64,000 nt of DNA from the NCBI GenBank assembly GCA_965222115.1, contig CBDCTJ010000007.1, positions 96,001-160,000 on the forward strand. The letters run 5' to 3'. Source of the DNA: Planctomycetota bacterium (GTDB lineage: Bacteria; Planctomycetota; PLA2; JAEUHO01). Each line of letters opens with the position of its first letter. The stretch's first letter is position 1. Made by a program: the position numbers and the translations under genes. The notes beneath the pieces were generated by a model. The model did no database searches. It was not told the origin of the DNA and was given only the letters and a program-made list of their open reading frames with translations. Shown here piece by piece: positions 1 to 9,110 of the stretch.

Positions 1-1
1 G

Positions 2-1093
2 CTGGCGGGCATCTTGGGCTTCGCACAACTGTTGTTGGCGCGTCCGCGCGAGCAGTGGTCCAGCGACGACATTGAGAAGATCGAAGAGAACGCGAAGCGC
101 TGCCAAACGATCGTTGAGAATCTCCTCGCGTTTGCACGACAGAGTCGCATGCAAAAGCGCATGGCAAGCCTCAACGATGTCATCGAATCGGTCCTCAACC
201 TCAATGAGTACCAGTTCCGCATGGACAATGTACAGATTGAGCGCGACTTCGATCCCGATGTGCCGTTGTTCCCCATCGACGTCAATCGTTGGCAACAAGT
301 ATTTATCAACCTGGCGTCCAATGCGCACCAGGCACTCATTCGCACCGAGCAGTCCGCCCGGGTGATACACCTCATTACCCGGCACGAAAACGGCAAAGTT
401 GTGGTTCTGGTTCGCGATAACGGGCCCGGGATTCCGTTGGAAGCGCAGTCCAAGATCTTTGAGCCGTTTTACACCACCAAAGAAAAGGGAACGGGACTCG
501 GACTCGGTATCTGTTTCGGCATTGTGGAAGAGCACGGTGGTCACATTGCGCTCGATCCCCATTGGACCGAAGGCGCCGGCTTTCGCATTGAGGTGCCCGT
601 CGTGGGCGGCGTCTCCCATCGCATCGAGGCACCCAACGTGCCGGAACGCATCTCCACGGACTCGGGGGTGGGCAAGCGCGTCTTGGTCGTTGACGACGAT
701 CCCTATATCTGTGATGTGGTTACGCGCGCACTTGAAAACCACCACTACGACGTAACGGTGGCCAACGATGGACGCACCGCGCTGGACGCGATGCTGGAAA
801 CACCCTTTGACGTCTTGCTCACAGACGTACGCATGCCGGGCGAACTGGATGGGATCGATCTCTACGATCGCCTGGTGGCCGACAGACCCGTGTTTCGAAA
901 CCGCATCATCTTCATGACAGGCAATCTGCTTGACGACCGCACGATGGAACGCCTGGGGGAACTCCCGGTGCGCTGCATCGAAAAGCCGTTCGACATTCAT
1001 CGACTCGCGAAAACGGTAAACGAGGTGTTGGTGCAGAGCCGTGCCGCTGACGAGCGCGGGCAGAACTCGCGCGTCCCACTGCACGGCACCTAG
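2..1093 (+). CDS. Hybrid sensor histidine kinase/response regulator (5'-truncated by window edge)
   Basis: Frame is open from position 2 (LAGILGFAQLL, HisKA helix). HATPase motifs QVFINLASNA, DNGPGI, FEPFYTTK, GTGLGL; C-terminal receiver VLVVDDD...DVRMPG...KPF. Confidence 0.9.
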   Translation: MAGILGFAQLLLARPREQWSSDDIEKIEENAKRCQTIVENLLAFARQSRMQKRMASLNDVIESVLNLNEYQFRMDNVQIERDFDPDVPLFPIDVNRWQQVFINLASNAHQALIRTEQSARVIHLITRHENGKVVVLVRDNGPGIPLEAQSKIFEPFYTTKEKGTGLGLGICFGIVEEHGGHIALDPHWTEGAGFRIEVPVVGGVSHRIEAPNVPERISTDSGVGKRVLVVDDDPYICDVVTRALENHHYDVTVANDGRTALDAMLETPFDVLLTDVRMPGELDGIDLYDRLVADRPVFRNRIIFMTGNLLDDRTMERLGELPVRCIEKPFDIHRLAKTVNEVLVQSRAADERGQNSRVPLHGT

Positions 1094-1185
1094 CTGCGAA
1101 TCAGTCTCAAACCGGAACAGCTTTCAACCCTGAGCGCTGGCGCCACATGTTGCGTCGGCGAACGTTCTGCGGTTCGATCTGCCGT

Positions 1186-2262
1186 ATGGCAACTTCCTAC
1201 TGGGACTACATCCGGGTCGAAGATTTACTCGCGCTGCAAAACGGGCTTGAGGCTCATGACGAGGACAACTCGCGGCACGAACTCGTGTTCATCACGGTGC
1301 ATCAGGTCTTCGAGCTTTGGTTCAAGCTCGTCCTCACCGAACTGGTCGCGCTGCGCGACGTACTGACGCACGATCCGGTGGAAGAGTCTGATGTACCGTC
1401 GGCCGTGACGTCACTTCGACGGCTGTGCACCATCATGGAATCGGCCATCAAACACTTCGACGTGGTTGAGACCATTCAGACAAAGGACTATCTCGACTTT
1501 CGCGACAAGCTCTTTCCCGCAAGTGGCTTTCAGTCTCGGCAAATGCGCGAGATCGAGATCGTGCTGGGGCTCAAAGACGACGAGCGCATCGGGCTCGGCG
1601 AGGACGGCGCGTACCTGCAAGCGCTTCACGGCATGGAGAAGAAGGAAAGCGTGGCCGCCGCGCGTGTGCGCGCCCGCCGTGAGGACAAACCATCGCTCAA
1701 GGATGCACTCGACGGGTGGCTCTACCGAACACCCATTCATGGCTCACAGCCCGGTGACGCCGATGATGACGCAATCGTCAATGCGTTCCTGGCCGACTAT
1801 ACGGCGTCACTGGAAACAGCAACACGCGCTACCCAAGCCGTCGCACTCGCCTCGGGCATTGTGTCGGAAACCGTGCTCGATCGTCGTTACAGTGCCGAGA
1901 TCGCGTCCGCCAAGGCGTTTCTCTATCACGACGATCCATTCGTCCGCCGCGTACGTGCCGCCACGTTGTTCATCGAAAGTTATCGCACGTTGCCGCTCTT
2001 GGCGTGGCCGCGTGAACTCATCGCTGCGGTCGTGCATTTCGAGCAGGCTTTCGTCATGTGGCGTTCCCGTCACGCGCGCATGGTCGAACGCATCATTGGC
2101 CGACGCACCGGCACCGGCGGCAGCAGCGGCGTTGACTACCTCGATGATACCGCCCGCACATACCGCGTCTTCAAGGACCTATGGGCCGCACGCACCTTGC
2201 AAGTGCCCGAACACGCCCTGCCCCCCATCAAGAACCAAGCTTTCTACGAGTTCCGCACCTAA
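1186..2262 (+). CDS. kynA: Tryptophan 2,3-dioxygenase
   Basis: YWDYI..LL.LQ, HELVFITVHQVFELWFK, PASGFQS.Q.REIE, H..MVERIIG.R.GTGGSSGVDYL. Start moved to the ATG at 1186. Confidence 0.92.
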   Translation: MATSYWDYIRVEDLLALQNGLEAHDEDNSRHELVFITVHQVFELWFKLVLTELVALRDVLTHDPVEESDVPSAVTSLRRLCTIMESAIKHFDVVETIQTKDYLDFRDKLFPASGFQSRQMREIEIVLGLKDDERIGLGEDGAYLQALHGMEKKESVAAARVRARREDKPSLKDALDGWLYRTPIHGSQPGDADDDAIVNAFLADYTASLETATRATQAVALASGIVSETVLDRRYSAEIASAKAFLYHDDPFVRRVRAATLFIESYRTLPLLAWPRELIAAVVHFEQAFVMWRSRHARMVERIIGRRTGTGGSSGVDYLDDTARTYRVFKDLWAARTLQVPEHALPPIKNQAFYEFRT

Positions 2263-2267
2263 CCCCC

Positions 2268-2307
2268 GGGGGTACAGCTCGGTGCCAGCTACCGGCGATG
2301 TACCCCC
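2268..2307. terminator. Stem-loop between convergent genes, possible bidirectional terminator
   Basis: Inverted repeat GGGGGTACA...TGTACCCCC just after the kynA stop; no U-tract. Confidence 0.45.
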
Positions 2308-2329
2308 TGGCGCGTGAGGCCGACGATGC

Positions 2330-3040
2330 CTACTCGGCGCTTACCAGCTCGATGCCACCGCCTTGGTAGTACTCGGCGACGCGGCCGATGCCACGTGAGT
2401 AGAGGATGATGTCGGAGTCATCCGGATCGTCCGGGTTCTCATGAATCTCTAGGCAATCGGAGAACTCGCCGGCAGGCACCGATGCAACGGCGGTGGTGGA
2501 GATGACATGGTAGTAGTCATGTCCATCGGGCCGATAGCCAACAAAAACATCGCCGGCATGAGGTTCCAACACAAACTCGCGCCACGGCGCCGCCCCGTCG
2601 TTGCTCGCGATCCACGAATCGTCCGAGAGCGTCACGGCACCATTGTCGAACTCCCAGGATTCTTCGCCAAATTTCCAGACGTTCCCTAGGGAGTCTTGGG
2701 CGTACCAATGGGTCGTCACCTCCGTCAGTTCTCCGTCTACATAAACGTCCTCGTGAACCGACGAGCACTCAACGTCAAGGATGATACGTCGATCGTCGAT
2801 GGCGCTGACGACTTCGCGAACCGGCAACCCGTCCTTGGTGCCTTCGTAGGTAAGCAAGGCGCCAGGATGAATGGGGAAGTAGGGATGCGTGATATTGGGC
2901 GAGAACGCCATGGCAGTGGGTGGAACGTGACTTGGGCCCCCGCTGCCGCTCCCGCACGCGGTAAAGACCAGGAACGAAGTAAGCAGGATGCCCCATGTGG
3001 CTGGGCGACGCGACAGAGGCAATGGATCGGTGAACATCAT
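2330..3040 (-). CDS. Acidic lipoprotein, single copy of the uncharacterised domain duplicated in 5589-6926
   Basis: Lipobox FTAC-G. Motifs I.HPYFP..PG, DGELTE.T..WYAQD..GNVW.FGE and VPAGEF..CL match the 5589-6926 repeats. Confidence 0.8.
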   Translation of the reverse strand: MMFTDPLPLSRRPATWGILLTSFLVFTACGSGSGGPSHVPPTAMAFSPNITHPYFPIHPGALLTYEGTKDGLPVREVVSAIDDRRIILDVECSSVHEDVYVDGELTEVTTHWYAQDSLGNVWKFGEESWEFDNGAVTLSDDSWIASNDGAAPWREFVLEPHAGDVFVGYRPDGHDYYHVISTTAVASVPAGEFSDCLEIHENPDDPDDSDIILYSRGIGRVAEYYQGGGIELVSAE

Positions 3041-3106
3041 AAAAATCCTCGGAACACTAGCTGAAACGACGCGGAGACGAACTCACGCAGCCAGATAAGA
3101 ACACGG

Positions 3107-4663
3107 CTAACTTAGGCCTCGCTTACGGTTCGCTGGAATCGGAGACGCAGAGACCGCAACGGTCGATGGCGGTCGTTTCGTAGTAGTTGCAGATTCTGAA
3201 CACGGTGCCGCCACCGCAATGTCGTGAATTGACACTCGGAACTGGGCATCCTCATTTAGATCAATCGAAACACGCCACCGCAAGAGCTGGGCCAATGCGG
3301 TTACCAAGGACAGACCCAACCCCGCGTGATCGCCGACAGCGCGGGCCTCATCGAGGCGCCAAAATGGCTCGGGCGCCCTGGCGATGTCCTGCGCCGTCAT
3401 GGCCTCACACGCATTTGAAATCTCAATCACCACGGAGGCGCCTTCTCCACGTGCTGCACAGTGAACGGGCGCATTCGCCGTTCGGTAAGACAACGCGTTG
3501 TCGAAGAGATTGAGAAGCATGATGGCAAGCTTGGATTCGTCGGCTTCAATCCACAAATTCTGATCGACGTACAGTTGAAGCAGCGCTCCTTCCGATCCCC
3601 ATTCACGCCGGAGGGACGTCACGGCACGATCCCACGCAGTCGCAATGGCATCAGCAAGATGCACGGGCTGGGCCGTTGCACGTTCGATGCCCGCGTCGCA
3701 TCGTGCCAAAAGCAGCAGATCCGCGATCACAGTTTCCATGCCCGTCGCAATCTTCTGAACATCATCAAAGAAGCGCTTGATCGACAACTGATCGCGCGGC
3801 CATCGGGTTGCCACGGAGGCAAGCGTGCGTAGTTCGGCGATCGGCGTACGAAGTTCATGCGCTACGTTTCCGGTAAATCGACGCTCACGCGCCATGGCAT
3901 CTTCGAGCCGCGTCAGTAGCGCGTTGATCTGTTCAACAATCGGCACGATCTCTTTCGGCGCCGATTCCACAGACACGCGGCGATTCAATGTATCGGCATC
4001 TACTGTTCGAACTTGGTCAACCACATCGTCCAGCGGTTTAAGACCATGAACAAGCGCTTGCCAGAGCAACAGGCTCATCAGCGCAAACACACCAAGACCC
4101 ACCGCGCCAAGTGTGCGCAACATCCCCGCAACCAAGTCGTTGAGGGATTCGCGTTCACGCGCAACAAGCAGCACAACATCGGGGACGGATGCCGCGTCTG
4201 CCTGCAGAGGACTGTCTTCGCCGTCATCGCCTGGCTCGGGTTGAGAATGCTTCGGGGTAAACGTCAGTTGAACGACGCGTCCACAGCGGCCATCCGGAAG
4301 CTTGGCATCCCGAAGTAGTGGGGCGCTCGTAGATCGATCGTTCCTAGGCAGCGACACTGTCAGATGCTTTGATCGAAACGAAGGTCGATTCGCGTCGAGC
4401 ACAATTTCGAAGTAGTGCGGGTCTTCGTCTCGCGTGTACTCGGGAAAGGCCTCGGGGGTGTAGTCAAACTCAATTCGCCCCCCTTCCTGCTCGATAAGGG
4501 CCGCCAGTGCACGAGCCTGCGTAACAAGCGCAGCATCGAATGAATCGGTTACGTGCGTTCCGATGCGGTGACCGATAAACACGCCTGCCAGCCCAAGAAG
4601 GACGAGCATGCCCAGACCAATGGCCCAGGCGAGGCGACGACGTAAGGTGGGCGCCATCGTCAC
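3107..4663 (-). CDS. Membrane sensor histidine kinase (QseC/PmrB/CusS-like; 2 TM, HAMP, HisKA, HATPase)
   Basis: Two TM segments, HAMP (LKPLD..P.EI.P..EQIN.LL.RL), H-box FTGNVAHELRTP, NLFDNA, GLGLSLV. Confidence 0.92.
   Translation of the reverse strand: MTMAPTLRRRLAWAIGLGMLVLLGLAGVFIGHRIGTHVTDSFDAALVTQARALAALIEQEGGRIEFDYTPEAFPEYTRDEDPHYFEIVLDANRPSFRSKHLTVSLPRNDRSTSAPLLRDAKLPDGRCGRVVQLTFTPKHSQPEPGDDGEDSPLQADAASVPDVVLLVARERESLNDLVAGMLRTLGAVGLGVFALMSLLLWQALVHGLKPLDDVVDQVRTVDADTLNRRVSVESAPKEIVPIVEQINALLTRLEDAMARERRFTGNVAHELRTPIAELRTLASVATRWPRDQLSIKRFFDDVQKIATGMETVIADLLLLARCDAGIERATAQPVHLADAIATAWDRAVTSLRREWGSEGALLQLYVDQNLWIEADESKLAIMLLNLFDNALSYRTANAPVHCAARGEGASVVIEISNACEAMTAQDIARAPEPFWRLDEARAVGDHAGLGLSLVTALAQLLRWRVSIDLNEDAQFRVSIHDIAVAAPCSESATTTKRPPSTVAVSASPIPANRKRGLS
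3111..3127. promoter_or_regulatory. Candidate OmpR-family direct-repeat operator, site 1
   Basis: CTTAGG-N5-CTTACG, about 70 bp upstream of the 2330-3040 gene; similar sites at 5417 and 6974. Confidence 0.55.
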
Positions 4664-4666
4664 GGC

Positions 4667-5338
4667 CTAGTCCACAATGTAGCCATGGCCGCGCACCGTC
4701 CGCACGACGGGCGTTGGTCCCACGTGGGCAATTTTCTTGCGAAGTTGATGCACGAATACTTCAACGGCGTTTGGCGACCCCCGCTCGGTGTCGGTATACA
4801 AACTGTCCAAGAGTTGTTGTTTCGTGACCACGCGACCGCGGTGACGAACGAGCAGCTCAAGTACCATGTATTCGTTGCGCGTGAGTGAGATGTCGGTTTG
4901 TTCGTAGGCAACCGTGCGACGCGCGGTGTCGATCTGTAGCGGGCCAACGTGCTGAACGGGGCTTTTGGCGCCGTACTTCCGCCGCACTAGTGCCTGCAAA
5001 CGCGCAACCAGCTCATCAAAGTCAAACGGTTTAGTGAGATAGTCATCCGCTCCCAGGCGAAGCCCATCGATGCGTTCACGCACTTGATCTTTGGCTGAGA
5101 GAATTAGGACATGGAGACGACTCCCCTCGCGACGAAGCGTCCGCAAGACCTGCACACCCGTCATACGCGGAAGCATGAGGTCCAACACCATGGCGTCATA
5201 GCTTCCGTGCCGGGCATAGGACAACCCCTCTTCGCCATCGGCACATACATCAACGGTGAATCCCGAGCAACGAAGCCCGTGCTGTAGCGCGCGTCGCAGT
5301 CGTTCGGAATCTTCGACAACTAGCACTCGCAAGGTCAA
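4667..5338 (-). CDS. OmpR/PhoB-family response regulator (QseB/PmrA-like)
   Basis: VLVVED, LDLMLP, GADDYLTKPF; winged helix NAVEVFVHQLRKK...RTVRGHGY. Confidence 0.95.
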   Translation of the reverse strand: MTLRVLVVEDSERLRRALQHGLRCSGFTVDVCADGEEGLSYARHGSYDAMVLDLMLPRMTGVQVLRTLRREGSRLHVLILSAKDQVRERIDGLRLGADDYLTKPFDFDELVARLQALVRRKYGAKSPVQHVGPLQIDTARRTVAYEQTDISLTRNEYMVLELLVRHRGRVVTKQQLLDSLYTDTERGSPNAVEVFVHQLRKKIAHVGPTPVVRTVRGHGYIVD

Positions 5339-5416
5339 TACTCCAATCCGTCATCACGCCGCGGTATGCACTCGCGCGCCGCCGCATGCGCTGCAGAGGT
5401 AGTGTGCGGGCAAAAA

Positions 5417-5433
5417 CTTAGGATCTGCTGGGA
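5417..5433. promoter_or_regulatory. Candidate OmpR-family direct-repeat operator, site 2 (autoregulation)
   Basis: CTTAGG-N5-CTGGGA, about 80 bp upstream of the response regulator start. Confidence 0.5.
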
Positions 5434-5588
5434 ATCAGACGATTCGTCGTACTTCAAATTAGCGAACACAAGTAGCTGCCTGCGTGGCATCGAGATGGCA
5501 GGCGGAGGCCAACGCCCCCGCCCACCCGTTACGACGCACACCACACGCGAACCGTCGCTCGCGTGCGGGCGCGAAGTCAATGTCCGTT

Positions 5589-6926
5589 CTACTCGATCTC
5601 GACGAGTTCCAAGCGTTCGCCTTCGTCATCTTCCTCGAGGATCAAGCCGATCCCCGGTGCGTACGTCTTGATCTCGTGGGTGCCGGGCTCGAGAGGCGTA
5701 AAGTCTCGCGTGCGCAAGCAGTTCGTGTAGCTCCCTTGATCAATCATCTCGGACGCGCCAATTTCGACAATCGTGGCCATGTCTTCCGCTTCACCTTCGT
5801 AGAACTCCTGGCGATAGGTGACGCCCACGATGGGATTGGCAAACATAAGTACACCCGCTTCAGCACCATCCACGCCGGCCTCCCACGAGCCTTCCGTACT
5901 GACCAGCACACCATTCTCGTAGTCTTTGGAATCCTCACCCAAGTACCAGACGTTGCCAAACCGGTCTAAGGCAAACCAATCGTCGGTGTCCTCGACGAGT
6001 TCGCCATCCAAGGTGACCACGTCGTTCACAACAAAGCACGTTACGCCCAGAATGGACCTGGTTTCGTTCGTAACCTCGACGCGTACGGTTTCGATGCCAT
6101 CATCGGTCTCGATCTCATAGGTCTTTACGTTACCCGGTTCAAGCGGAAGATACGGGTTGCTCCCGGGATTGTTGAAGTTGCTCGGATCAAAGGGCGGATT
6201 GTAGTGAAGCTCAATGAGCTCCAGTCGAATGCCGTCTTCATCGACTTCAAGCACGGGACCAATCCCGGGGGCGTAGTACTTCTCTTCAATCACACCGGGA
6301 TCCAGTGGCGTGAAATCTTCGGTCAACACGCAGTTGTCAAAGGGGCGAAGTGGCGTCGACACGTCTTCGCCGAGCGCAATCACGCGACCGCGGTCTTCAG
6401 CCACACCCGGAGCCGACTCCTGAGCATACTCTGTGGGCGGTGTGGGATTGTTCATCATGATGATGCCTGCCGTAGCGCCATCGACGCCGGCTTCCCACGA
6501 CCCTTCGGTGCTTACGAGGATTCCGTTCTCATAGTCTTTGCTGTCCTCGCCCATATACCAGACGTTGCCCGCGGCATCTTGCGCATACCAATCGAGCGTG
6601 TCTTCGATGAGTTCACCGTCCAGGTACTCCACGGCGTGTACTACAACGCACGGTACGCCCAGGATCACTTTCGTATCGTTCGTAACGGTGACATCCACCC
6701 GCTCGACACCTTCGTCGGTGCCCTTCTCCATGACCCAGCGCCACCCGGGCCGCAGTGGAAAGTATTCGTTGTCGATGGCATCGCCGACAAAATTGGCGGG
6801 ATCAAATGCCAGTACAAGCACGTTACTCGGCGGGCTCTTCTTTTTTCCGCCGTGTTTGCAGGCACTGATTGCCCCAAGGGAGATGGCCGCCAACAGAGCG
6901 GCACTGACAATGGTTGGTAATCGCAT
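5589..6926 (-). CDS. Acidic lipoprotein with two tandem copies of an uncharacterised ~200-aa domain
   Basis: Lipobox ISAC. Internal duplication: FDP.NF...N.Y.PL.PG...DGEL.EDT.DW.A.D..GNVWY.GEDSKDYENG.LVSTEGSWEAGVDGA...DFTPL.PG...Y.PGIG occurs twice. Confidence 0.88.
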   Translation of the reverse strand: MRLPTIVSAALLAAISLGAISACKHGGKKKSPPSNVLVLAFDPANFVGDAIDNEYFPLRPGWRWVMEKGTDEGVERVDVTVTNDTKVILGVPCVVVHAVEYLDGELIEDTLDWYAQDAAGNVWYMGEDSKDYENGILVSTEGSWEAGVDGATAGIIMMNNPTPPTEYAQESAPGVAEDRGRVIALGEDVSTPLRPFDNCVLTEDFTPLDPGVIEEKYYAPGIGPVLEVDEDGIRLELIELHYNPPFDPSNFNNPGSNPYLPLEPGNVKTYEIETDDGIETVRVEVTNETRSILGVTCFVVNDVVTLDGELVEDTDDWFALDRFGNVWYLGEDSKDYENGVLVSTEGSWEAGVDGAEAGVLMFANPIVGVTYRQEFYEGEAEDMATIVEIGASEMIDQGSYTNCLRTRDFTPLEPGTHEIKTYAPGIGLILEEDDEGERLELVEIE

Positions 6927-6973
6927 GATGTGGTTCTCCTGTCACATGGACAACAGGAGCGTGACGACTCATG

Positions 6974-6990
6974 CTTAGGAGACCCTTGGG
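6974..6990. promoter_or_regulatory. Candidate OmpR-family direct-repeat operator, site 3
   Basis: CTTAGG-N5-CTTGGG, about 50 bp upstream of the 5589-6926 gene. Confidence 0.55.
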
Positions 6991-7193
6991 ATCTCCCGGC
7001 GTGCTGCGATCTACACCAGATTGGCCGCGATTGCCAAAAGGCGATCCTCAGTTACGCTGAACGAAGAGGGTGCAGTTCTGTGCCAAGCACGACGAAGTAC
7101 CCCATGCGTCTTGGTGCCTGGCACCACGATGTACCCTGTGACCCGAATTCGCTCGCGGGGACGTTGGCGTGCTTGGTACCCGAGGGGATGCCT

Positions 7194-7796
7194 ATGACCG
7201 CACTTCGATACATACTCGTCGTTCTGTTAGTCACGGTGCCCGTCGTAATCGAGTTGGCTTCACGTATCGCACCGGCAGTTGAGCACTTCCGTGCCGCCAA
7301 TGCCTATTTTGAGGTTCAGGGAGAGGTGCTGCACAAGTACAACGCAATTCGCAAGGAAGCGGATGAAGAACATGCACGATTACAAGAAGCAATCGATAAG
7401 AAAAATCGTGAGCTTGCAATCGCCAACGAGAATCTTCGTAAGGCCATCGCAGCACGAGACGTAGCGAAGAAGGCGGCGGACGCCGCAGGCGAATCAAGCG
7501 ATGATCTCAAGCGCATACTTCAAAGGGTTTATGAGAGGAGCCAATTTGCAGTACGGCTGGGCGCGATTCAGAGCGTCAACGTCGATACGAGCACGGTCGT
7601 GGTCTCTATCGATGCCTCTATCAAGAAGGGTTCAACGCCACGCAAGGGCCTTACGTACGCCATCAAGCGCTCGGATGTAATGCTTACGCAAGCGACGTGC
7701 TTATCGATTGATGAATCCTCATGCGTCATGCAACCGGTCAATGAGGGTGCAGTGGAAGCGATTCGTGTGGGCGATATCGTCTACTCGAAGGACTAA
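7194..7796 (+). CDS. Hypothetical membrane-anchored coiled-coil protein with a small C-terminal beta domain
   Basis: RBS GAGGGG before ATG 7194; N-terminal TM, heptad-rich middle, ends ...IRVGDIV. Confidence 0.65.
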   Translation: MTALRYILVVLLVTVPVVIELASRIAPAVEHFRAANAYFEVQGEVLHKYNAIRKEADEEHARLQEAIDKKNRELAIANENLRKAIAARDVAKKAADAAGESSDDLKRILQRVYERSQFAVRLGAIQSVNVDTSTVVVSIDASIKKGSTPRKGLTYAIKRSDVMLTQATCLSIDESSCVMQPVNEGAVEAIRVGDIVYSKD

Positions 7797-8809
7797 CCGC
7801 CAATATAGGACATCTCAATCTTGGGGAGGTCGTCGGTGTCGTCGCTGCGGCGCTCGGAATAGCGGTCATCGCGCGCGCGCCAGAGCTCGACGAGAAACGC
7901 ATGGAGCGGCTCATCGTCGTTGGACGTGCGCAGCACGTGGCGCAGGTCGTGTCCAGCAGATGCAAAAAGGCACGTGTAAAGTTTGCCATCGGCAGAAAGA
8001 CGCAAGCGCGTGCATGCACCACAAAACGGCTGCGTGACGCTTGAGATGAAGCCGACTTCCGAGGTGATGCCGTTCCACGTGTAGGACCAGCGCTTGGCGA
8101 CTTCGCCACCGTAGGCGGGCTCAAGCGGTTCAAGCGTGGCCGTCTTACGCAAATGCTGAATCAAGGTCGCGCTGGGAACGACACGCGCCACGTCCCAGCC
8201 GTTGGTCGTGCCCACGTCCATGAACTCAATGAACCGCACCGTAACCGGTCGATCGTGGAAGTGGCGAATCATGGGTTCCACGTCCATGTCATTTACGCCG
8301 CGCATCACCACCGTATTGATCTTTAGTGGTGCGAGTCCTTGGTGCAGCGCTTCGTCGATGCCGTCAAGAATCGTCGAGACGGGGATGGACGTGTCCGAGA
8401 TTGAGGCGAAGCGAACCGGATCGAGTGTGTCGAGGCTTACGGTGACGCGCCGAAGGCCCGCATTCTTAAGATCACGCGCATGACGCGCCAACAGGGCGCC
8501 ATTGGTCGTCAGGGCGACATCGCGCAGTCCCTTGATGCTTGCAAGACGCTCAACCAACGCGGGCAGATCCCTGCGAATGAGCGGTTCGCCCCCCGTGAGG
8601 CGCACCTTTTCGACGCCTTGGTCCACCGCGACGCGAGCGAAGCGCGCAATCTCGTCATACGTAAGAAGCTCGGTGCGTGGCAAAAACGCAAAGTCGGGCC
8701 CGAAATGACTGCGCGGCATGCAATAGGTGCAGCGCAGATTGCAACGATCCGTAACCGAGATCCGTAGATCGCGAAGGGGTCGTTGGCGTTGATCGGTGAC
8801 GGCGCCCAC
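7793..8809 (-). CDS. moaA: GTP 3',8-cyclase (molybdenum cofactor biosynthesis)
   Basis: LRISVTDRCNLRCTYC (radical SAM), LTGGEP, FCGAC.R.R...GKLYTCLF, C-terminal MSYIGG. Confidence 0.96.
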   Translation of the reverse strand: MGAVTDQRQRPLRDLRISVTDRCNLRCTYCMPRSHFGPDFAFLPRTELLTYDEIARFARVAVDQGVEKVRLTGGEPLIRRDLPALVERLASIKGLRDVALTTNGALLARHARDLKNAGLRRVTVSLDTLDPVRFASISDTSIPVSTILDGIDEALHQGLAPLKINTVVMRGVNDMDVEPMIRHFHDRPVTVRFIEFMDVGTTNGWDVARVVPSATLIQHLRKTATLEPLEPAYGGEVAKRWSYTWNGITSEVGFISSVTQPFCGACTRLRLSADGKLYTCLFASAGHDLRHVLRTSNDDEPLHAFLVELWRARDDRYSERRSDDTDDLPKIEMSYIGG

Positions 8810-9110
8810 ACCCGCATGATCGGAGCGCCTGCGGCACGGTCAAGGGCGGTCCGTGGGATTCGCGAGCCCGGACTATTCATGAAGCGCGCGTAGAGGGGTC
8901 ACCAAAAATTCGTCCGGATGCCATTGGCGGCCCAAACTTCGTACCGCTCGGCAACTACAATACGTTCTCGCGAAGGATTCGGATTCAAGGTCGAAGCGGT
9001 GGTTCCGAGGCGATGCAAAAAGAGCATCGTCGAGTGGTTCTCCGCAAAGAGATTGGATTCGAAGACCAGCGAGAACCGCGCGACTTGTGTCAATTCATGA
9101 GTAGTCTGGG

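Noticed and set aside
6930-7193. 5' extension of the 288-aa ORF
   Set aside because: It overlaps the divergent promoter and operator of the lipoprotein gene; a better RBS and start lie at 7194.
8899-9100. 60-64 aa ORFs between moaA and the thioredoxin-NHL gene; possible Moco riboswitch
   Set aside because: No convincing RBS or motif, and I could not recognise the riboswitch consensus by eye.
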